Source: Planctomycetota bacterium
GTDB taxonomy: Bacteria; Planctomycetota; UBA8108; SXIK01
Direction of reading: 5' to 3'
Length of the DNA: 64,000 bases
Assembly: GCA_965223265.1 (NCBI GenBank)
Contig: OZ244999.1
Coordinates: 5,216,001 to 5,280,000, forward strand
This document shows, in pieces, positions 29,510 through 37,546 of this stretch (positions are counted from its first letter, which is position 1; each line of letters begins with the position of its first letter). Under the pieces are notes generated by a model. The model searched no databases. It saw only the letters and a program-made list of their open reading frames with translations, and was not told the DNA's origin. The translations under genes were made by a program, and so were the position numbers.

Positions 29510-31534
29510 CTAGCCGCTCGAGCAGTCGTTCTGGATGCAGAAGCCGAGATCGTCCGGCGTCGGGTCGACCCCTTGCGTCTCGGCCCCCGGCGCCGGCGGA
29601 ATCGGGGTATTCTCGACGAAGAGGAAATTGAGGAGAAAGATCGCGTCCGACAGGTCAACCTTGGTGTCATCATTCGTGTCGCCGGCGTCACGGCACGAAA
29701 TCGGCCCTTCTCCTTTGAAGAGCGCGTTCAGAATGAAGATGCCGTCCGCCAAGTCGACGCCGCAGTCGTTGTTCGCGTCGCCGCGAAGAAACTGAGGCGG
29801 CTCGTCGCTACACTCAGCGACACCGGGGTTCGCCAGACCCAACGTCGCCTCCTCAGGCAAGCGAACCTCGAAGAGTCCAAAGCGACAGCCGTCGGGCTTC
29901 AAAGCAAACGACTGGTCGATCTCTTGCGCGCCGAACTCAACGGAATGGATCACTCCGAAACCGTTTTCAGCTCTGTCGTAGAGGTAGATTTGATCGCCGT
30001 CACCCGTGAGGGTGAAGTCTGTGTGGTACGCCCCCATGGCGGGATCTGTAGGATCTGGACACTCCTGCCCATCACCGGGCTTGTCTTCCAGCGGTCGTGG
30101 GCACTTTCCACCATCGTTATCGGTCCAAACGAGTAAGTACTCACCGGCGGCGATGGAAGAGCCGGCCGGGAACTGCCACAGCTGAGGCTCTAGGCGGCGG
30201 TTCGACAGCCACATTCCGGAAAGATCGATGCTTTCGGCCGCCCCATTGTAGAGCTCGATCACGTCGTCGAACTGGCAATTCGGCGCCGTATCAGGGCATG
30301 AGCTCTCGGTCGGATCCGCGATCACAGATGACTGGCGAGCGAGAACTTCGTTGATCACCAGATTCGCGAGGACGCCCTGAGGCTCGTAGCCCGACTGATA
30401 GCGGTAGCGCACGTCGCAGCTCAAAAACTCGTCGGCGTTCGCCGGGTCGCGAACACAGTTCGGACCGGGCAAACCGATGCGGTTACACGGCCCCTGGCCG
30501 GGATCACATAGATTTGAGGGATTGGTCCCGACACCGCCCTGGGCGTCCTCAACGACGAACTGAAACTCAACGCGGGCACCGGCCGGCTGCGCCGGGATCG
30601 TCGCTTCCCAGAGGCTCGAGCGGTCGAGAGGCGAGCCGTTGTCCTCGAGGCCCATAAATGTCAGCGCGATCGGCGCCTGCTCCGCACCATTGACACTGTA
30701 CTGAATCTCGGCGCGCGGCAAATTCGCTGCGCTCGGCTCCTGGTCGTCACGGACGCGCAAGACAAAGAGTATGGCCTCGTCGATCGCGGGACTGTTGTTG
30801 ATCTCCGTCAGATTCACCCGGGTGATACGTGGTGCCGCATTCTCTGGTGTACTGTTGGTAGCACCCGTGCAGGATCGAAACCTTCCGAAAAAGCCACACG
30901 TGCCGACCTCACCTTCGGTGCAGGTGCCGAACGTGGCCTGACCAGGCTGAAAAAAGTTGAACACGTTGAAAGTCTCGTCGATCGGCACTGGCGCGACACC
31001 CGCACCGTCCGGAGAACGTCCGAACGAGACGTTCTCTGACAGCGGCGGGAGAAAGATCTGATCGACCAAGGGACGCTGGAGCTCGCTTCCTCGCGGTCCC
31101 CAAAGGCTGATCGGTTCTGTTCCACCAGCACCTATCCGGAAATCCGCGTGGAGCTCACATTCCTTTTCGAGATCGCCATCGCAGAACACGACGATCGATG
31201 ACTGCGGTCCAATCTCGATTCCAGCCGGAAAACACCAGGGATCCTCGTCGACGAGATTGTCGCGATCGCCCAAACAGTACGACGTGAGAGGATCGCCAGT
31301 TCCGAGTATGACAGTCTCCTCCTCAGACGTGTTATAGAGCTCGATCATGTCAGTGGTGTTGCCATCGGCGTCCAACGGCTCGACGTCGGTGTTGTCGGCG
31401 ATGACTTCGTTGATCACAACCTGCCCGGAGATTTCCGTGACGAACCCAGAGATCAGGACGAGCGCGCAAGAGAGGCGCCCCACGTGCCTGCAAAAACCCC
31501 GCGACACTCCCCACATGGTCAAACCGTATCTCAC
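29510..31534 (-). CDS. Secreted protein with two lamin-tail domains, Cys-rich inserts and a C-terminal dockerin-like domain
   Basis: VVINEVIADN..DMIELYN and LVINEVLAR..DVIELYN; FLRGDANNDCGVDLAD...DTNDDTKVDLSD. AAGGAGG lies 6 nt before GTG 31534. Confidence 0.8.
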   Translation of the reverse strand: MRYGLTMWGVSRGFCRHVGRLSCALVLISGFVTEISGQVVINEVIADNTDVEPLDADGNTTDMIELYNTSEEETVILGTGDPLTSYCLGDRDNLVDEDPWCFPAGIEIGPQSSIVVFCDGDLEKECELHADFRIGAGGTEPISLWGPRGSELQRPLVDQIFLPPLSENVSFGRSPDGAGVAPVPIDETFNVFNFFQPGQATFGTCTEGEVGTCGFFGRFRSCTGATNSTPENAAPRITRVNLTEINNSPAIDEAILFVLRVRDDQEPSAANLPRAEIQYSVNGAEQAPIALTFMGLEDNGSPLDRSSLWEATIPAQPAGARVEFQFVVEDAQGGVGTNPSNLCDPGQGPCNRIGLPGPNCVRDPANADEFLSCDVRYRYQSGYEPQGVLANLVINEVLARQSSVIADPTESSCPDTAPNCQFDDVIELYNGAAESIDLSGMWLSNRRLEPQLWQFPAGSSIAAGEYLLVWTDNDGGKCPRPLEDKPGDGQECPDPTDPAMGAYHTDFTLTGDGDQIYLYDRAENGFGVIHSVEFGAQEIDQSFALKPDGCRFGLFEVRLPEEATLGLANPGVAECSDEPPQFLRGDANNDCGVDLADGIFILNALFKGEGPISCRDAGDTNDDTKVDLSDAIFLLNFLFVENTPIPPAPGAETQGVDPTPDDLGFCIQNDCSSG

Positions 31535-32150
31535 CGGCGGCCTCCTTTGTCTCCCCACCTGCGAACATTTCTACGCGCCATGCTCATTCAGCAAACTCGG
31601 ACCGCGGCAACCCTCGCACCTGTAAGCGGCCTTTGACGGCCCTTACAGAATCTCAACGGTCGGCAACTCCAGCAAACCCGATCACGGTCGCCTTGGGTGG
31701 CACTTCGTGACGACAAGAATCTCTCTCAGCCTGAAACGATCTACCGGCTCTCCACAACCACAGGAATAACAGCCGTTGTATGGACCTTTTTCAGACCCCG
31801 TAACTCCCCAGTACACACATTATAGACGTCGTTTTTCGTGAAATCTCCGTGGAAGTTCGCAAATTCGCTGCCCGCGAACAAACAGTCCATCCCTGCGCTC
31901 GATCGTCGCTCCGGCGCCGCCGTCCGGCGCCTACGCGGCGTCGTAAAGTACGGAAATGAGCAGGTTTTCTGACGTCCACAGTGAAGACGGCGCAGTGGTT
32001 CGTCCGATCATCGTTGTCAGTGCCGCGCGGTCGTGCGTGGCCTCCCGCCACCGCTGAAGTGACGGGTCACATTGCAAATCAAGAGGTTCGGCTGTTGCCG
32101 AGATTCTTCCCGCCCGGCGGGAATCGACGAACTTTTGTATGGAGTTAGCA

Positions 32151-33349
32151 ATGCCTCAGCCAAGGCGTTCAAACAATCGTTCCAGCGCGCGGACGGCGAG
32201 TTCGGCCAAGCGCACAGCTGCCAGTAAGTCGGCCAGCTCGCGGAGCCGGAGCTCGACCCGGTCGCCCACGAGACGGGCGGCGACCAAGTCGAGTGCATCA
32301 AAGCGTAGCGGCTCGAAGCGCACGGTCCGCAAGGGGACGACGGCACGCAAGGCGACGACGGCACGCAAGGCGACTTCGACGCGCCGCGCAAGCACCGCAC
32401 GCAAGGCGACTTCGACGCGCCGCGCAAGCACCGCACGCAAGGCGACTTCGACGCGCCGCGCAAGCACCGCACGCAAGGCGACTTCGACGCGCCGCGCAAG
32501 CACCGCACGCAAGGCGACTTCGACGCGCCGCGCAAGCACCGCACGCAAGGCGACGACGGCACGCAAGGCGACTTCGACGCGCCGCGCAAGCACCGCACGC
32601 AAGGCGACGACGGCACGCAAGGCGACTTCGACGCGCCGCGCAAGCACCGCACGCAAGGCGACTTCGACGCGCCGCGCAAGCACCGCACGCAAGGCGACTT
32701 CGACGCGCCGCGCAAGCACCGCACGCAAGGCGACGACGGCACGCAAAGCCTCGACCCGACGCGCAAGCACCGCACGCAAGGCGACTTCGACGCGCCGCGC
32801 AAGCACCGCACGCAAGCGACGACGGCACGCAAGGCCTCGACCCGACGCGCAAGCACCGCACGCAAGGCTTCAACGCGCAAAGCCTCGACCCGACGCGCAA
32901 GCACCGCACGCAAGGCGACTTCGACGCGCCGCGCAAGCACCGCACGCAAGGCGACGACGGCACGCAAGGCCTCGACCCGACGCGCAAGCACCGCACGCAA
33001 GGCTTCAACGCGCAAAGCCTCGACCCGACGCGCAAGCACCGCACGCAAGGCGACTTCGACGCGCCGCGCAAGCACCGCACGCAAGGCGACGACGGCACGC
33101 AAGGCCTCGACCCGACGCGCAAGCACCGCACGCAAGGCTTCAACGCGCAAGGCCTCGACCCGACGCGCAAGCACCGCACGCAAGGCTTCAACGCGCAAGG
33201 CCTCGACCCGACGCGCAAGCACCGCACGCAAGGCTTCAACGCGTAAGGCCTCGACCCGACGCGCAAGCACCGCACGCGGACGTATCCGTAGACGAGCGTC
33301 GACCGTCTCTGCACGCATCGCCCGTCGGCGCGCAGGTCGTCGCAGTTGA
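32151..33349 (+). CDS. Histone H1/Hc2-like highly basic repeat protein (~399 aa once a single missing G at ~32816 is restored)
   Basis: GGAG RBS and ATG 32151; KATSTRRASTAR repeats. At 32811-32820 CGCAAGCGAC replaces the usual CGCAAGGCGAC. The restored frame ends ...ARIARRRAGRRS* at 33349, directly before a terminator. Confidence 0.8.
32331..33280 (+). repeat. Mosaic coding tandem repeat built from 36-, 33-, 18- and 15-nt modules
   Basis: AAGGCGACTTCGACGCGCCGCGCAAGCACCGCACGC (KATSTRRASTAR), KASTRRASTAR, AAGGCGACGACGGCACGC (KATTAR) and AAGGCTTCAACGCGC (KASTR). Confidence 0.95.
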
Positions 33350-33368
33350 TCGAATCGCAACGCTTTTC

Positions 33369-33398
33369 AAAGGGTCGGCATTCGCCGGCCCTTTTTTT
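33369..33398 (+). terminator. Intrinsic terminator of the basic repeat gene
   Basis: AAGGGTCGGC-attc-GCCGGCCCTT followed by a T run. Confidence 0.85.
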
Positions 33399-33746
33399 GT
33401 GCCCTCGCGACGCCGCAGCGATCCTCAAAGTTGCGGCGTAGGCTTCCTACTGCGAGACGACTGGATGATCGCCCAGCGCTAACGCGAACGCTCTGCGCGT
33501 CTTGACCGACGGTCGACACGCTCGGTCGAGCGACTTGCGCCGCGACCAGGACGCCCGCCAGCAGCCTCCAGAATCGCTTGGCAGTTGTCTCCCCATCGTT
33601 TCGGATGTCCCCAACGAAAAAGAAACGAGACCTTCGTGCCGAAGCACCCCGAAGCCAGCGCGCGGAAGCGACGACTACAGTTGATTCGGTTCGAAGGTCT
33701 CGAGCGGGTTGTCCGGCAGCGTTCCGATGGGAACGCCGTCAAACGA

Positions 33747-35210
33747 TCAGTCGACGATCTCGTCGAACTTCTTGTTGATCACAGCCTTGAGCTCTGCCAA
33801 CAGTTCCTTGTCGCCTCCCGCAGGCCGGCCACCGGCCGCTTCGGGATCGACAAGCTGCTCTGCAGCTAGCTCTTCCTGCGTCAAACTGGAGATGATCTGC
33901 GTGCTTGCCAAATCGTCTTCAACAGCCGCTGGAGTAGGCGGCGGCGCTGCGGACACTGGAGCGCTGACCGACACCGACTGCGGTGCGCGCACCGCGTCCA
34001 TCATGACCGTAGGTTCCGGTTCCGCGTCTTCTACCGCCTCGTCTGCCGCTGCGCCCGCAGCCGCGGTCGAGATCACCGCGGAAAACCCTGAACGTCGGCG
34101 CACAGCAGCTGACGACGCTCCACGGCGCGGCGACTGAGCTCGCGCAGCGGCGTGGCGCTCAGATTGGCGCTGCTGCTCAAGGAGGGTGTTTTGTTCTTCG
34201 AGTTCTTCAAGCTCTTCACGCAGATCGTTCGCTTCCCGTCTCAGCTTGCGCATCCTGCGAGAACGCATCATGTGCCAGACGAGGAACAAGAACAGAACGC
34301 CGGCAACACCAGCGATGGACTTGTCGAACACGTCCCACGCAATGTCGCCAGTGAGCGCTTTGCGGTATTTGGCGGACGCGAAGCCAACGACTTCGTTCGA
34401 CAGTCCACGAAGATCCTTCTCGTAGATGAGAGCCGATGAGTCGGCCTGTCGTCCTTGGTCGGTGCCAGCCTGTGATTTCATTCGGCTAATCGTGACCGCC
34501 AGCTGGTCCTCACGTGCACTCGTGTTATCGAGCTGCTTCTGGATGGCCAGTTTCTCGCCGCGCAGGTCTGCGTTTTCCTTCTCCAACTTCTCCACGCGGG
34601 CGGTCAACTCAATGGCTCGGTCGTTGCCAGAGCTGCCATCGGCTCGGAGGGAACGAACGACAGCGTTGGCTCGATTGCTTTCATCCTCAAGCCGCGTGAC
34701 CTTCTCGAGAAGCTTCTTTCGATCCTCTCGCAGCGCTGAGTTCTCTTTGCGAAAGTTTTCGAGCTGCTCCCCGTGACGTCGGGAGGCCAAACGAAGGTCG
34801 GACAACTCCGTGACCGACTCGCTCGCCACGCTCTTCACCTTGTCCAAGCTCCGCTCGAGCATGGCATTCCGCGCCGAGATGTCGTCGAAGTTGGTCTGCA
34901 GATGACCATGATCACTAGTCAGTGTCTCAAGCTGCTGATTAGCCAGACGCAGCCGCGACTCAAGTTCCTCCGCATTCTGGATCGAAGCAGACTTTTCCGT
35001 CTCGAGCGTCTCGATCTGTTGATTGAGCCGATCGCGCTCCGTCAGCATCTCCTGAATCGATGCCTGCATTCGCCCCCTCTCGAACGTCAACTCGCTGATT
35101 TGACGATCGCGAAGTTCGATCTGACTGGCGCTCGTACATCCTCCGAGTACGATCAAAGCGGCCCATAGGGAAGACACCGCTAATCCACGCATTGCTCTTG
35201 ACGATTGCAT
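33747..35210 (-). CDS. Coiled-coil protein with an N-terminal lipobox and an internal TM helix
   Basis: LIVLGG-C lipobox, ~220 aa of heptads, TM IAGVAGVLFLFLVW followed by RSRRMRKLRR; AGGAGG RBS. Confidence 0.75.
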   Translation of the reverse strand: MQSSRAMRGLAVSSLWAALIVLGGCTSASQIELRDRQISELTFERGRMQASIQEMLTERDRLNQQIETLETEKSASIQNAEELESRLRLANQQLETLTSDHGHLQTNFDDISARNAMLERSLDKVKSVASESVTELSDLRLASRRHGEQLENFRKENSALREDRKKLLEKVTRLEDESNRANAVVRSLRADGSSGNDRAIELTARVEKLEKENADLRGEKLAIQKQLDNTSAREDQLAVTISRMKSQAGTDQGRQADSSALIYEKDLRGLSNEVVGFASAKYRKALTGDIAWDVFDKSIAGVAGVLFLFLVWHMMRSRRMRKLRREANDLREELEELEEQNTLLEQQRQSERHAAARAQSPRRGASSAAVRRRSGFSAVISTAAAGAAADEAVEDAEPEPTVMMDAVRAPQSVSVSAPVSAAPPPTPAAVEDDLASTQIISSLTQEELAAEQLVDPEAAGGRPAGGDKELLAELKAVINKKFDEIVD

Positions 35211-35442
35211 TCAAATTCCTCCTGATCGGCGATAGCGTCCTACTTCGCGCGCTCGCACTCGTAGCACAAGTCCGCGGGCAGGCTAGAGTCTCTCCCTATA
35301 TTGATTTCGGTAAGAAAGGCGGAGAAGTATACACTGCCGCCATCAACGGGCAACTCGCGCCGACGAAGAAGCGATAACGATACGTCGAGACCGTGCCACG
35401 CGAAGAGTGACGCGGTGCGATTCGCGACCAGAAGCACGTTCG

Positions 35443-36387
35443 TCAGGAGAAAAGATCTGAGAGGTCGGCCTCAAAGTCCGCTAACGTTGAACGCACGTGA
35501 CGCGGGAGTGACAACAGAACCAAGCGCGTGGTGCCTCGACGGGAGACCCAGTCACCCACTCTCAGCTGGCTCGTGTCACGGCCCTCCAGCGCTAAGGCCG
35601 CACGTGTCATGAGATGGGTCTCCATCGCGCGCACGTAGGCACTCCCGCCGCTGCCGTCCACACCGAGCACGCCAGCTCCCCGCGCGTGGAGGACATGGCA
35701 ACAGAGATCGACCACACGCTGCAGGAAGAGCGGCTGCGAGCTGGTCGTACGCCGAAGCCGCTGGCACTCCAGGAAGAAGCGCAGCCACACCGTTTCGCCA
35801 TCGTCGCGGAACGAAGCACCCGTCTCGCGACTCTCGTCGGCTTCCAGGGAGGCCTCGGACGCGCCGCCGTCCGGTTCAGCCGCGGCCTCACAGCTCGCGC
35901 GACTCGCGTTGAGTGCGGCGATCAGCTGGGAAACCGCTAGCTCAACGTGTCGGGCTGCTAACGGACAGAGAATGAGCGCCGACACGTTCTGCCGCACGAG
36001 TCGCTCTTTACCAGCCATGTGGCGATCGCAGAGAAACGCCACGAGAGGCGGTTTCGCCGTCGTTCCGACAGACCGAAAAAGCGCCTGGCCGCGCTGCGCC
36101 CAAAGCTCGAAATCCGTGATGACAGCGTCCCAACTCTCGGCGGCCAAGGTCTCGAGTGTCTGGCACGCGTCCTGCGTGCAGCTGACCGCGACACTTCGCG
36201 ACTCGAACCGACTGCGGAGAAGATCGCGTTCACGCACTCGGCGGGAAGCCAGCAGGATCCGAAACGGGTCTTGCGCCGAAGAATCCGCCGCCGCTTCGCT
36301 GGAGACCGCGCCCTCAGAGCTCGGTCCGTCGCGCGCCAGAAGCGCGTCGATCTCCTCACGACTGAGCAGCGAGTCGGGAGAATTCAT
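35443..36387 (-). CDS. Degenerate receiver-domain protein with an N-terminal FliM-like peptide
   Basis: N-terminal LLSREEIDALL; receiver-like RILLAS...WDAVITD...PLVAFL that lacks the beta1 acidic pair. Confidence 0.6.
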   Translation of the reverse strand: MNSPDSLLSREEIDALLARDGPSSEGAVSSEAAADSSAQDPFRILLASRRVRERDLLRSRFESRSVAVSCTQDACQTLETLAAESWDAVITDFELWAQRGQALFRSVGTTAKPPLVAFLCDRHMAGKERLVRQNVSALILCPLAARHVELAVSQLIAALNASRASCEAAAEPDGGASEASLEADESRETGASFRDDGETVWLRFFLECQRLRRTTSSQPLFLQRVVDLCCHVLHARGAGVLGVDGSGGSAYVRAMETHLMTRAALALEGRDTSQLRVGDWVSRRGTTRLVLLSLPRHVRSTLADFEADLSDLFS

Positions 36388-37202
36388 TCCTTTCCGGAAC
36401 TCGACTGAGCAGAAGACGAATCTGAACGCGTCGTGGAGTGAAGAATCCCAGCGGCGACTGCGCTCTCGCGGAGGGCCTCACGTACTGCATGCCGCAGCGC
36501 GTCGAGATCGCAGTCAGAATCGTGCTTGAGAAGTACTCGCTCCTTCGCATCCGAGATCATCTCGCGCAGCTGTGGACTGCCGCGCACCACCATCGCCACG
36601 ACCCGATCGAACAGATAACGCTCGAAGAGCGCCACCGCCATCGGTTGGTCTCGCAAGCTACCGGCCGCAGCCCAACGAATGAGCGCGTCCCTGGCTGCAG
36701 CGAGCGGTCGTTCGAGCTCGTCACGGCCTACACTCCCCTGCTCCGGGTCGACCGCAGTTTCCTCGACGGTAGCACCCTCGACAGGGGCAGAGAGCGGGCG
36801 CGACGCTTCGGTGCTGGCACCACCGTTGCCGCCTGTGTTCTTCAGCGTCACACGCCGCACGAGCTCGAGTACCTTTCCCGGATTGCGCATGTCGTCGAAG
36901 CCGCTGCGTCGGGTCCATGGACGAGACGTCACGACTAGAAGGACTGTGTTGCCGATTTCAATCACGTCATCCCGCGCCAGATCGGACCTCTCGACGCGTC
37001 GCCCGTTGACGAACGAGCCGTTGACGCTTTTGAGATCGATGAGCCGCAGCGTTGAGGCGCCTGGGACGATCGTACAGTGCTTGCGAGACAGGAGGGAGTC
37101 GTGAATCCGCACGTCAGCTCGTCGCGAGCGACCGAACACGAGCGGAGCCGCGGGCAGTGGGATGGATCGTACAACGTTGTCGTAGATATAGATCGTATCC
37201 AT
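36384..37202 (-). CDS. FHA domain protein
   Basis: FGRS..ADV.I.D..LSRKHC, DLKSVNGSFVNG, D.IEIG; ATGA overlap with the downstream gene. Confidence 0.9.
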   Translation of the reverse strand: MDTIYIYDNVVRSIPLPAAPLVFGRSRRADVRIHDSLLSRKHCTIVPGASTLRLIDLKSVNGSFVNGRRVERSDLARDDVIEIGNTVLLVVTSRPWTRRSGFDDMRNPGKVLELVRRVTLKNTGGNGGASTEASRPLSAPVEGATVEETAVDPEQGSVGRDELERPLAAARDALIRWAAAGSLRDQPMAVALFERYLFDRVVAMVVRGSPQLREMISDAKERVLLKHDSDCDLDALRHAVREALRESAVAAGILHSTTRSDSSSAQSSSGKE

Positions 37203-37546
37203 CGTCAGTTCGCACTGCTGACTTCCGGAGCCGAACGTCGACGCCAGCGAGCGCAGGCCGGTCGACCTGTGCCCGCGCTGCTATTGTAGCACTGGCAAGC
37301 GGTCGCACCAGGATCCTACTCGCCCCTGCCTGGCGGGACGAGTCTGCCCTCCGGCGTACGTTGAGACATTTCGTCTGCCCTGGGGACCTTGCGCGTGCTC
37401 CAAAGCCTGCACGGCCCTTTGGGGAACGGGCCGACTCGGCCGGCGCTAACGGCCCGCCTGAAGAAGTCATTCGGCCGAAGAAACTGGCCTCTGAATCCCC
37501 GCGAAACTCGTCCGGCCAGGCCGGCGCGAAATGGCCAAACTCGAGG

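Noticed and set aside
32331-33280. 36-nt repeats suggesting a CRISPR array
   Set aside because: The units are directly tandem with no unique spacers, their lengths are multiples of 3, they sit in a coding frame, and no cas genes are present.
2284-33349. One functional system linking the acidic DDW tail with the actin homolog (Arp2/3-activator-like) or the basic histone-like protein (chaperone-like)
   Set aside because: The genes are 11-28 kb apart with unrelated genes between them, the tail is predicted to be extracytoplasmic, and bacteria lack Arp2/3. It is only an analogy.
32017-33482. Alternative-frame and antisense repeat ORFs (VALRAVLARR, CVRCLR, HARRLRR, TRKHRTQG)
   Set aside because: The RBS, stop and terminator positions support only the KATSTRRASTAR frame.
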